Shown here one piece after another: positions 37,573 to 49,699 of a DNA stretch of 64,000 bases (position 1 is the first letter of the stretch; every line of letters begins with the position of its first letter). The position numbers and the translations under genes were made by a program. The notes under the pieces are model-generated. The model was given only the letters and a program-made list of their open reading frames with translations, ran no database searches and was not told where the DNA came from. The stretch is from Octopus vulgaris (Eukaryota), in contig OX597814.1 in the NCBI GenBank assembly GCA_951406725.2, forward strand, positions 92,318,001 through 92,382,000. Reading direction: 5' to 3'.

Positions 37573-37798
37573 GTAGTGAAGCATTCTGTTTCATCTGCTA
37601 ATCAATATGTGGATGATATTCGATCATTAATAACATTTATTCACAATCAGAATATATACTCCCTATTAGTGTTATCATATTAGATTAGTTTTAGACCAAT
37701 TGTAATGGTCACGTTGAGATCAACACCAAATGAAATATATCTTGAGAATGCTGACCCCCTACCGCTAATGGGATATGACTACATTGAACGGAACTTAC

Positions 37799-37934
37799 TT
37801 CTTCAGCTGCTTTGAATACACGCAGTAGATTCTCACCAGCCAGCTTAGCAAGATCATCATTCGACCAACCACGTTTTACAAGTTCAGCGAATAAATCAGG
37901 ATATTTTGATACATCCTCTAAACCGACTGGTAAT
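37799..37934 (-). CDS. DPEP1: DPEP1-like internal exon, 136 bp, phase 2/0
   Basis: tttcag| acceptor and |gtaagt donor. Translates (R)[45 protein letters not shown], matching the hallmark [17 protein letters not shown]...L.G.NLLRVF. Confidence 0.96.
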
Positions 37935-39175
37935 CTGAAATATATAGATATGTCAATTTAATCGTTTATTTCATTTCAATCACATAAGACTTCTTTAGGT
38001 TAAATGTAACTTCATTTGCTCTACTTGTTGGCACTTATTCTTACAACACACGCTTATTTACTCTGCAAACCAATTTCAAGTTGCAGTTAACTTTGTTTCA
38101 TATATATTCCTATTTGTATTAAACCTTATTAGTGTCAGATTGACAGAATAGTTGTCTCCACGTTTTTGTTTTTGCTTGTTTTGTTTTTGTTCCTATGCCA
38201 ACCGATTTGTTATTTATTCTGACAAATAGTATTGTGGTCAAGGCTTTTTAATCTATTAATGTCATTGCTTTATAATAGAATAATAAATCTTTGTTGTTAT
38301 ATTTCGGGACGGTAATTTTTTTTTTTTTTTTGCCAAATAAACACACGTACTATATATTCGTTCATCACTTCAGAGGTCACAGGATATGTGAAGAAAGATT
38401 TCAGACAAAGGACATAAAAAATAAGAGTAATAATAAATCTGAAATGAAGATCGAATATATAGTAATCCCGAAAAAATATAACAATATCTGTTTCAACACA
38501 CGATTTCACATCAAGAACCTTACAAAACAAATACATAAACATAATAGATATTTGTCTCAGTAAGGAAATGTACCTACTCTAACACAAAAATTCAATTTTA
38601 CTTCTTATTCCCCAAGTGGAGCATCCTATTTAAATGGAGCGTTATTTAAGCCACTGGCCGACAATACTTCTCATGATTGTCTTTCTTTACAAATAAAATA
38701 GCTAAAAGCTTTCCTTTAGTTGAGATCGGCACTGCTAACAAGAGAACTAACCGCAAGCTATCAGCTATTAATACTTTCCATGAATTTTTTCCCCGTTCCC
38801 TGCGTAAATCATAATGCCTATTCTCCGCCATAAACTCAATACTGGAATTCCTAGTCAGAACAAAAGAGATCACCTCTTCATATATTTCGTCAGCCACCAG
38901 CCACAGAACTTGCTACAAACAAATATCAATCCTACACTGTAGTACTCAGCAGCCAGCACCAGCCGTTGTTTGCTAGTAAACAGCTACGGGAACTCTAGCA
39001 CGTGAACTGATTCATCTAATGTGAACGAACCTTACTCATAATCCAAGGACCTTACTTAGAAAATGGGAAAGTTCTGTCATTCAGAAGTCCTCATCCGAAT
39101 TATCAGACGTGATTTTCACGCTTCTACGAAATGTGCTAAATGCACATGGTTTTTGATCGTAGATATATGTGCGTT

Positions 39176-39229
<54 letters not shown>

Positions 39230-39232
<3 letters not shown>

Positions 39233-39760
39233 TAAATCCTCGAGTATAGTCCACCCTTGAGTATAATACGCAGGGGAATTTTATAGGGGGCAGTACCTCT
39301 GAAAAACCTAAATCTTGTGTATGATACGCACCACTTTTCTAACTTGAGTCGAGCATAATTAAGTCAGCAGCACCTACTTGTACAAGCACTTCTGCGCATG
39401 CGTAATACAATAATGGTGATGTTCTTAACTGTTATATGGGAATGTAAATATGTTTGCAAATTATTTTTGTTACATGTTATTCTATGTTCTGAATACTTTT
39501 AAATAAATTTTTAATAAATGTTGCCTACGGCAAGAGACGGATGATTCTTTTACGACTTCTTTGCTTTCAGGCTTAGCTTAAGGTATTTTCACGACCGACA
39601 TCACAAAATGCGTCTGAATAAACATTACCGGACAGCAAATAGAGACTCGGACATTGCTTAGAAAATAATTTTCATTTTTAGCCTCGTATATAGTACGCAC
39701 TAGGGAATTTGACCTTTAAATTTTGGGGGGAAAATGCGGATTATACTCGAGGATTTACGG
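39230..39760. mobile_element. Non-autonomous pogo/Tigger-like MITE
   Basis: TA-flanked TIRs (c)cgtaaatcctcgagtatagtcc / ggattatactcgaggatttacgg with a subterminal repeat. A solo end lies at 41345-41368. Confidence 0.82.
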
Positions 39761-40065
39761 TATATACACATTTTTATTGAAAACGTCACTTTACCCTTAG
39801 CGATGGCACTTTGCAGTCTAGTCGATAACTCTGAAAAAATATAATAGATGAAACTAATATAACCTTTGATCTGCAACAACTTATAATATCAATTGGTGAT
39901 ATTATGTGGCCAAACAAGGCAAGGCGGCAGTGAGCGCGCAGTTTCTCTTCTTATCTTTGCATAAGGGTTGGTTCTTAACAAAGATGATCTACATAATTAC
40001 ATTGAGACACCATAAAATTGTTTCACAACAGCTGGGCCAAAATGACTTCTTTGCTTTATAGATCA

Positions 40066-40450
40066 CTAGCAGTATCGCCCGGCGTTGCTCGGGTTTGTAA
40101 GGGAAATAACTACAAAGCATTTTTAGAGAGTTATAGCAAAAAAATAGGCAAAAAATGGGAAAAAAAATTATGGTAAATTTTTTTTGATAGTTAAAAAGGT
40201 CGAGTTGCGTCCCCTAGACCATCTGTGGTTTGCGTTTCTGATTGTCGACCCCATGTCGAATTTATCGATCTTTTTCAGAACTGGGGGAACTTTTCAAAAT
40301 TTTCGCTGCGTTAGTTTTGAATTATGATATTGGGCTATGTGTGTGTCAAGTTTCATCAGAATCGGTTGAAAGCCGTGGTCAGGGTGAGGGTACAACCTGA
40401 CAGACACACAGAAACACACACAGACAAACTGCCGTTTATATAGAGAGAGA
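40066..40450 (-). mobile_element. Non-autonomous Helitron
   Basis: Minus strand: A|TCTCTC...CCCGAGCAACGCCGGG (hairpin) CGATACTG CTAG|T. Canonical 5' TC, 3' hairpin plus CTAG, AT target, no TSD. Confidence 0.88.
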
Positions 40451-41478
40451 TAATGAAGCAATTGGCCTACTCATTGCTGATTCGATAGTCTTTTCAGACA
40501 CACACACACATATACAAACACACACACACAAACACATGCACACACATATAAATATACATACATGCACTATATACAGAGAGGGAACTACATATACGTAAAT
40601 ATATGTGTATACATTTGTGTGTAGGTGTGTGTATGCGCGTGTGTGTATAGTAGAGTGGTATAGTTTGATACATTTATAACACTTTTAAACCCAAACTATG
40701 GGAATTATGAGAAATATGCAAGCCAATGATTTGTACTTTTACCATGTGTTTCTATATTTCCGTGTTAGGCTCCCTTTTGAAGATTAGCATTTTTAAAATA
40801 AAATGTATGTATGTATGTCGTTATTCAGTTTCATTTCAAGATTGATTTCTTGCCAATAGAGAGAGAGAGCCGGTTTCTAACTTAGATCTAAGGTTCCTTC
40901 ATTGGAATTTCAACATCAACAACAAGGTATTTTTGTATGTATGTATTATGTATGTATGTATGAATGTATGTATGTATTATGTATGCATGTATATATTAGT
41001 TCAGATATGTATGTTTTGGGTGTATTCTCATGCCACTAGTTGCATATCTAGACATGCTCATATACATTTAAATGATCAAATTCTGGTAAGTCTTACAGAT
41101 TTCTACAGTCCCAATCATTGATTGGATTTGTAGTCTTCGAATCATCTATCTCCTTTTCGTGTTTTCAGAAGCCTAATTTCTCAAGATTGGTATTTTGGCA
41201 GTGTTACATATCGTAGGGTCCCAGTATGTGCGTATGTATGTAAGTATGTGTGTATATATATATATGTGTGTGTGCGTATGTGTGTGCATATATATGCATG
41301 TATGTGAGTATTGTATATGTTGTGCGCATATATATATATATATACCGTAAATCCTCGAGTATAGTCCGATCGATAGATAGATGGATGTGCGAAATAATAA
41401 TATACGGGGATAATAGTTTGACTTTAACAGAAAATTTCAATTTAATGAGGTGCGATGAGTAAGAAACAGAGGTCCTAC

Positions 41479-41554
41479 CTCTCGACGCCATCATAGTCTC
41501 CTCCAATACCAACAGTCTCAACTCCAGCCACGTTTTTTATGTGGTCAATATGGT
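41479..41554 (-). CDS. DPEP1: DPEP1-like internal exon, 76 bp, phase 1/2
   Basis: atacag| acceptor and |gtagga donor. Translates (D)[24 protein letters not shown](R), with the catalytic GxDYDG motif. Absent from the ORF track and found by reading. Phases fit both neighbours. Confidence 0.95.
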
Positions 41555-41935
41555 CTGTATTGATAATAAATAGAAAAGTGGATTAAAATCAAAAGAACAA
41601 AATTTACATCTAATAATAATATATGTATTTGTAAAATTTTGACTTCAAAGTAATGTACTGATTTTCATCATTTTGTTGGAAGGATGATGACACTTTCAAT
41701 GTTTTTTCACGTGAATGAGAGGGATGATAGCACTCGCAAGCCAAAGACCTGCCCCGAATTCTTGTAACAGAAACAACTCCAGCTCTAAAGGCACCCAACA
41801 ACCACGTGTTATTGTTAATCTGGGATGTGGGTTAAGCCCATTACGCATTTACGTCAATGTGGGTGTTGCTCTCAGAACTCAAAGATTCCCAAGTATAAAC
41901 TACAAAGCAACCCATCCGGCAATGGAACGATTCCA

Positions 41936-43062
41936 CTAGTTCATCGCCCTAGTTCATCGCCCAGTTCATTGCCCTAGTTCATCACCCAGTTCATCGCCCT
42001 AGTTCGCCCAGTTCATCACCCTAGTTCGTCGAGTTCATCAACTAGTTCATTGCCCTAATTCCTCGCCCAATTCATTACCCAGTTCATCGCCCTATTTCTT
42101 CGCCCGGTCCCTCACTCTAATTCACCCAGTTCATCTCCCTAGTTCACCCAATTCATTGCCTAGTTCATAACCCTAGTTCATCACCCATTTCCTCGTCCAG
42201 TTCATCGCCCTAGTTCATCGCCCAGTTCAGCGCCCTAGTTCCCCCAGTTAATCGCCTAGTTCATCGCCCTAGTTTACTCAGGTTATCGCTTAGTTCATCG
42301 CACTAGTTCCACGACCAGTTCATCACCCTGCGTCACCCTCTTCAACGCCCTAGTTCCCCCATTTCATCACCTAGTTCATAACCCTAAGTCGCCCACTTGA
42401 TCGCCCAGTTTATCCCCTAATTATTTGCCTAGTTCATCGCCTAGTCCGTCACCCTAGTTCATCGCCCAGTTCAACACTCTAATTCACCCAGTTCATCGCC
42501 CAAGTTCGCCCAGTTCATAACCTAGTTGATCGCCCCAAATTCAACGCCCAGTCCATCGCCATAGTTCGCCCAGTTCATCTTCCTAGTTCATAGACCATTT
42601 CATCGCCCTAATTTGCCCAGTTCATCACGTTAGTTCATCGCCAACCTCATTGCCCTAGTTCGCCCAGTTCATCCCCTAGTCCATCACCCTAGTTTATCGA
42701 CCAGTTCGTCGCACTAGTTTACCTAGTTAATCGCCCTAGTTCGCCCAGTTTATCGCCCTAGTTCATTGCCTTGTTCATTGCCCTAGTTCGCCCAGTTCAT
42801 TGTCCTAGTTTTCAGTTTATCGACTAGTTCATCACTCTAGTTCATCACCCAGTTTATCACCTGGTTCAGCACCCCATTTCTTCCACTTCATCGCCCTAGT
42901 TCACGCACTTCATCGCCTAGTTCATCGCCCTACCTCGCACACTTCATCACCCAGTTCATTGCCCTGGTTTATCGCCCAGTTAATCGCATAGATCATTGGC
43001 CTAGGTCATCACCCTAGTTCTCCCAGTTCATCGCTTAGTTTATCGCCCAGTTTATTGTCCTA
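41936..43062. repeat. Minisatellite of about 1.1 kb with alternating 12/13-nt units (CCAGTTCATCGC / CCTAGTTCATCGC) and 9-10 nt deletion variants
   Basis: Continuous degenerate array, e.g. ctagttcatcgccctagttcatcgcccagttcattgccctagttcatcacccag. Confidence 0.95.
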
Positions 43063-44321
43063 GACAGGGCGATTTTATTTTATAAAATTGGAATGATGAA
43101 AAGTAAAGTTGATCTTGGTAAGATTTGAAATTAGAACGTAAGGAACGTGAATAAATATGGCGCGCCATTTTATACGACGCTCTAAGAATTATGTGAATAC
43201 GATGACAATTCATCATGCACATATTGTCAAATTGCACACCATACAATTAACCGCTGTAGGTCTCAAAGACAAGTATGGACATCAACTAAACTTTGAGCAG
43301 GCATATCCAGAGTTATTGATTTGTGAGTCATAATTTGCACGATTGGCTACCTACGCGCTTTATGCCTGTGCGATCGGGGACTACGTAAAACCATCTATGT
43401 TATAATCTCGGCCAACAAGCAATGTACGATTTACTGTATTGTACTTAAATGCTTCGTTTTCAATATCTTTCTAATTATTTGATACTGATAAAATTATTCC
43501 GTGAAATTTGTGATCGTTTCCATGTTTAGTTCTTTTGAACACATGAAAGACGTTTCCAATTTCTTCTCCAAGACGCTGTTGTTAACTTCAACAAAGCACT
43601 GGTAATATTAATTATAAAAATAATCCCTAGGAAATTAAATGCGACTTACTGCTTAAGGGTGCGGAGAACTAATATTATTTACGATTTTTGTTTACATTAC
43701 TTAAATATAATTGAGTATTTATATATGTCTGTCTGTGTGCACATATGTATTATTCAGCTTGCCGAGTAAATGCGACATCAGTAAATTTCATTCATTGTTT
43801 AACGATGTCAGTTACAGACCAATTTTCGTTTGGCATACGATACCAATGGATAATGGTTACTAACGAAGCAGAAGTGCGTATTTAGCAATGGCGTCACCGT
43901 TACTTTTTTGTCAGGTGCTGATATATTTCTGTGTTTTTTAACACTATAAGTCTATACGAGATGCTTCTCGGGAAGATAACCACAGTTTAGCAGATTTTAA
44001 ATATGATATCCAGAATGCTAATTATACGCGCGCACACGCACACACAGATACACACATATATATATATATATATTCAAGATTCAGTTGAATTAGATACTTA
44101 AATTGAAGCACCACGTTACAAGTAAAAAGAAGTGGGTCACTGGAGTCAATTATTCCTTGCCCTTCCTAAAACCTCAACTAACCACTAAAATTCTGTTATG
44201 ATCAAATATGCACCATTCTGGTAAATCCATTCTGTCAACCGAAATAGTAGCAGAATCACTGGAAATGCTTTTACTCCGTAGATTTTAAACTATGTTAAAT
44301 TATTTCATAAGTGTTTTATTT

Positions 44322-44543
44322 TGAAAGCCTTATATCAGTTTGAAAGAAATCGTTCACCTGAGATAACCGCGAAGACTTCAAACATAAACAATAAACCATT
44401 TTTTAACAAATTTACATCAGTAATAGAAACCAAAATATTTACATTACTGATGTAAATTTGTTAAAAAATGGTTTATCCTTTATGTTAGAAGTGTATGCGA
44501 TCATCTGACGAGAACGGTTTCTTTCAAATTGATGTAATGTTTT
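44322..44543. repeat. Foldback palindrome with arms of about 100 bp and an 18-nt loop
   Basis: The inner 34 bp are perfect (ataaaccattttttaacaaatttacatcagtaat at 44391-44424 / attactgatg...tggtttat at 44443-44476). The outer arms are diverged. Confidence 0.88.
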
Positions 44544-44596
44544 CCTTAATCAATTAAATGGAGCCGCAGTCAAATGAGTGAAACAAGTAAAAGAAT

Positions 44597-44679
<83 letters not shown>

Positions 44680-44701
44680 TTACATACACACATATATATA
44701 T

Positions 44702-44734
<33 letters not shown>

Positions 44735-44779
44735 ATATACATACATTTAGACATGCATACATATATATATATATATATC

Positions 44780-44849
44780 GTCAATATCTGACGAGGAGTC
44801 CATGGGGCAAGGCCCTTTATGGATGCGAAATTACCGGTCACTCTATGAT
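44780..44849 (+). ncRNA. Hammerhead motif with extended stem II (partly degenerate)
   Basis: GUCAAUA-U-CUGACGA-GGAGUCCAUGGGGC(AAG)GCCCUUUAUGGAUGC-GAAA-UUACCGGUCAC-UC-UAUGAU. It lies in a roughly 95-bp island between microsatellites. Confidence 0.58.
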
Positions 44850-44918
44850 CGGGCATAAACCTAACTGCATATAAATACACACACTCACACACACACACAC
44901 ATATGCACAGAGAGAGTG

Positions 44919-44984
<66 letters not shown>

Positions 44985-45134
44985 GGAGAAGGAAAGAGAA
45001 AAGGAGTGGGAGAGCAGTGAGTCCCGACGCGTGAATCGCTTTTATAAAATTTTCAGTTAAAATTAATAAAATAATACATATATTCAGTTGTATTTATTGT
45101 TTGTTTAACCAAACCTGCATACAAATATGTATGT

Positions 45135-45172
<38 letters not shown>

Positions 45173-45392
45173 GAGGGAGAGAGAGGGAGAGAGACCGAGA
45201 GAGAGAGGAGAATAAAGACTTACCTTGACGCCTCAAGACCAATTATGAGGGAGTATCGTAAATATATTTACTAGTAATTTGCTAACAGAATTATTTCATA
45301 ATGGTAACTGTTGTAAATTAAGCGAAAAGACAGAAAATATTGTTCACGATAAGATCCACAGATACATACATACACACAATAAAAGAATATAC

Positions 45393-45489
45393 CTGCAACT
45401 TGTGACAATGTAGCATTTGTTTGGTTCGTAGGATAGCAATTGATGTAATCACTGTAAAAGTTAACCATAACAACGCCTCTATTTTGTTT
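45393..45489 (-). CDS. DPEP1: DPEP1-like internal exon, 97 bp, phase 0/1
   Basis: ttttttatctag| acceptor and |gtatat donor. Translates KQNRGVVMVNFYSDYINCYPTNQTNATLSQVA(D), matching the family motif G.VMVNFY..YI.C...A.LSQVAD. In frame with the previous exon. Confidence 0.95.
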
Positions 45490-46070
45490 CTAGATAAAAA
45501 AAAATGTAATTGTTACATTGCTTTAAGATTACAGACATAATAGCATTATAATGATATAAATAGAACATAGATGAAACAGAATTCGTAAGAAGAGCCAAGA
45601 GAAACAATTAGGTTAAGATAAATGATTTTCTTGATGAAAATTATATTTAACTTCAAAAAGAAGTTATTCAGAAAGATGCATGTGTTAAGATAAGATGCAT
45701 GTATTAAGATGTAGGAACTGACGCTGACTCCTAATTGCTACTTTGACTACTGTTACTCACGCAATTCTTTAGAAAAACGTTCAGAAGTTTTACTATTCCT
45801 CAGATGGCGATATCCCAGAAAAATCTTAATCTTAATTTTCTAATTTGATTCTATTCACTACTATAATTCTATTTCCATATATAAAAGGAATATTAAATCG
45901 TTGCGATTAATTTACTGATAATTTTCTTTGTCAAACCCGGAAGGAAGGAAAATACTGTCTTCGGTAGTATTTGAACCCATATAAACGGCAGTGTCTAAAT
46001 ATCATAGGTATTTTGCCCGATGGTCTAAATTCTAATCATTCTTTTTACTGGTAGATTAGTTTTTAAACGT

Positions 46071-46370
46071 GGAGGCGCAATGGCCCGGTGGTTAGGGCAG
46101 CGGACTCGCAGTCATAGGATCGCGGTTTCGATTCCCAGGCCGGGTGTTGTGAGTCTTTATTGAGCGAAAACACCTAAAGCTCCACAACTTTCTCTCACTC
46201 TTACTTCCTGTTTCTGTGTCACGCTGAATATCCCCGAGAACTACATTAAGGGTGCACGTGTCTGTGGAATGCTTAGCCACTTGCACGTTAATTTCACGAG
46301 TAGGCTGTTCCGTTGATTGGATCAACTGGAGCCTTCGTCATCGTACGCGACAGAGTGACAACAACAACAA
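46071..46370 (+). mobile_element. tRNA-derived SINE family C
   Basis: ggaggcgcaatggcccggtggttagggcagcggactcg...ggtttcgattccc (A and B boxes) with a (caa)n tail. Sister copies at 57140-57425 (-) and 63799-64000 (+). Confidence 0.85.
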
Positions 46371-47054
46371 GTAGATAAACGCCTAATCTTCTCTTTTTTA
46401 CTTGTTTGCCATTTCACTACAGCCATACTGGTGCACCGTGTATAAGTGTTTTAGTCGAAGAAATCGAGTCCGGGACTTATTTGTATTAAGCCTGACATTT
46501 ATTCTATTGGAATCTTTCGCCGAACCGCTAAGTTACGGGAACGTAAACACACCAAAACCGGTTGTCAAGCAGTTGTGAGGGAAAAACACAGACACAAATA
46601 TATAAACACACATATTTTGTAATTTATCATACGTTCTAAGTTCAAATACCGCCGATATCTACTTTTACTTTCATTCTACTAGGATCAACATAATTAAATA
46701 CTGATAGCATCTAATTGACGAAATTTAGGTAATTATGTTGGCAATTGATATTTCTTTAACTGCTGTTGCTCTATTTTGAAATACTAAATTTAACTCCCGT
46801 TATTTTCTTTCTTTCTCTGCCATCAAGTCATCGAACGAACCCTTGTGACTTCTTTGTCAAATGATATATACCTGTCACAGAATTTCGTAGATTGATCACA
46901 ACGGTAGTTTCCCATTGCATTTTCCTTGGGTTTTTTTTTCAGACTAGATATAGACAAATTCTCCACACTTGCTTGAACATTCAAAATCCAAATAGCGGAA
47001 ATACACTCTGGAATGCATTTTGTCCTACACTTTAACAATTCTATAAATTCACCA

Positions 47055-47278
47055 CCTGGCAGAATCGTTAGCATGTCGGGCGAAATGCTTAGCGGTATTT
47101 CGTCTGCCGCTACATTCAGAGTTCAAATTCCGTCGAGGTCAACATTGCCTTTCATCCTTTCGAGGTCGATTAAATAAGTACCAGTTACGCACTGATGTCG
47201 ATATAATCGGCTTAATCCGTTTGTCTGTCCTTGTTTGTCCCCTCTGTGTTTAGCCCCCTGTGGGCAATAGAGAAATAT
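47055..47278 (+). mobile_element. SINE family B copy
   Basis: Near-consensus match to the 13577 copy. More decayed relics follow at about 47330-47850. Confidence 0.87.
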
Positions 47279-48730
47279 ATAAATTCATCACCTTTCTGTA
47301 ATACTCATGACAGTAATGAAATAATTAACAGTAACTACCTTGGGTCGATTCCATCAACAATAACATTTCCTTAATTCCACCGAGGTTAGTTTTACCTTTT
47401 ACTTATCCTCGGCCACTAAAATAAAGAACCAGTCAAGTTCTAAATTCAATGTAATCGACTTATCTTCTTCCCTCAAAATTGCTGACCTTTTGTCTAAATT
47501 AGAAACATTTATTCTATTTTAATTTTTATTTTTATTATTTTTTTTCTTTGCTATCTATGTTCTGAGTTCAATTCTTGATGGAGTCGATTCAATCGATTAT
47601 ACTTTCTTCCTACATTTTGTCCTTACACTTATGTGAGAAGTTATTATACACTTTTTTTGTAGTGGAGTAAAGAGATTCCCAAACATAAACTAATTGCTAT
47701 TGATTTAGATTCTTTCTCCTATTTTCGGAATCCAAAACTCACTGCTGTTAACTTTTCATTCCTCCTGGGTTTATTAAATAAGAATTAAACATGAACTAAA
47801 GTCGATTTTATTGACCACACATTACACCAATAAGCAGTTAGTATCGTAACAATGTAGAAAAATGTCCATTGTTCTAACAGTAAAGCAAGACCACAATTCT
47901 GTTGTGATTTCTGGCTGAAAACATTCTTCACTTACGTTAGTAATGCCATTGGCAAATATAGACATGCCAACGACTATTTACTCTCTCTTAAAACAGATTT
48001 CGCCATTCTTGATTTATTTCAACAACTAAACTGTTATATTATGAATTATATCGCACGAAATCAATAATATGTTTATAGGTCTAAGGCTGTGAATTCACAC
48101 ATGTTGAGTTAAAGCGAACTGAAAGCATTATAAAGCCCAAAATACAAAGAAACTAGGGATGGTCTCTGTCAGCAACAATTAATTCAATGGAGTGTTTATA
48201 CAGTATCTGCCAGTCTGAGAATTGAAAAATCAACTATTGTGAGCGTTTTCATTTCAATGGCGTGTACAGAAAATGATGTTGTCATTGGTTGGCTGTCAGT
48301 AATGTTTAGGAAGGTAGTAGATGAAAAAGAAAAAAAAAACAGATCAGAAAGAGATGGTATGAGAAATCAGAACATTAAGGCGGACAGGGGAATTTGGATA
48401 GGAGCAGGAGATAATACACAGCAGTGTTAGTTAATAAGTCTTAACAATAGGATCTAGGATATACGGGGTTCAGGCAGCACAAACATAATACATATTATCG
48501 AACATATATACAATATGAAATACATATACACAACAAACGTAAGAACTCAAATACGCACTAAAACAGTTGTACATACAAACACATAAGCAATTGTATAAGT
48601 AGAGACACCAGTGAAGAGGTGATCACGAAAATGGCCAGGTAATTAGAAGTGACGAGCTTCGACATGAAGTTTTCTGACTGCAGTTATGGATATCCAAAAC
48701 TTCACCTAGATATCCACTTTAGATAAGTAA

Positions 48731-49693
48731 AGCAACCCGACCTACGTATATGCAAGGCATTGTATAAAAGACATTACTATGTATTATATGATTGAAAGAA
48801 GTGCAATCAAAGTAGTGAGCGCAATAAAGTTTTGTTTCATTACTTCTGAGTTAAAATCTTGTCGAAGTCAACTTTACCTTTCGTCACTCCGGGTTCGATA
48901 AAATTAGTACCAGTAAAGTACTGGCGTCGATATAGTTAAATAACTTATCCCACTAAATTTCTTATCTTATGCTTCTGATAGAAACAGTTATAGTTGTTGT
49001 CATGATTGTTTCTGTTGATATTGATATTTTATGGTGCGCAATAGACAGAACAGTGAAATACTGGACAACATATAGTTACCATTCTTCTTTACGGCTAAAT
49101 CTCAAATACTTTCTGATGTCGACTTAACATTTTATCCGTCTAAGGAGATAAAATATCTACCACTCATCTATTAGCAGTTGAGATAACAGACTTTAATCCT
49201 CTTCTAATGTATTTATCCTTGTGTCAATGTTATAAATTCTTATTTAGTCTTTCCAGAATATAATTTAACAGTTCTACATCATTCAGTGTTTATTTTTGTC
49301 GGCTACTCGCTAGCCCCAACCAAATCCTGTCGGGCTTTTATGTCACTATTTGTTTCATATTTTATTTCTGCACAGACATAACAGAAGTAAATAGACAAAT
49401 TATTCTAATTTATAAAGGTGACAACAACTATAACTGTTTCTAACAGAAGCATAAGATAAGAAATTTAGTGGGAGAAGTTATTTAACTATATCGACGCCAG
49501 TACTTTACTGGTACTAATTTTATCGAACCCGGAGTGACGAAAAGTAAAGTTGACTTCGACAAGATTTTAACTCAGACGTAATGAAACAAAACTTTATTGC
49601 GCTCACTACTTTGATTGCACTTCTTTTAAATCACATATAATACATAGTAATGTCTTTTATACAATGCCTTGCATATACGTAGGTCGGGTTGCT
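48731..49693. repeat. Recent local inverted duplication (48731-49002 vs 49419-49693)
   Basis: Arms of about 272 bp, nearly identical, with a 416-bp spacer. They include a decayed SINE B relic plus unique flank. Confidence 0.93.
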
Positions 49694-49699
49694 CAGGTT

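Noticed and set aside
40845-40930. Hammerhead variant in the repeat gccaatagagaaagagccggtttc (also near 2650 and 18160)
   Set aside because: The minus strand gives CCAAUGA...GAAACCGGCUC, but G5 is absent and the stems are unconvincing. Kept only as an unclassified dispersed repeat.
41936-43062. CRISPR array or repetitive coding exon
   Set aside because: There are no unique spacers, the context is a eukaryotic intron, and mixed 9-13 nt units shift frame with frequent TAG/TGA stops.
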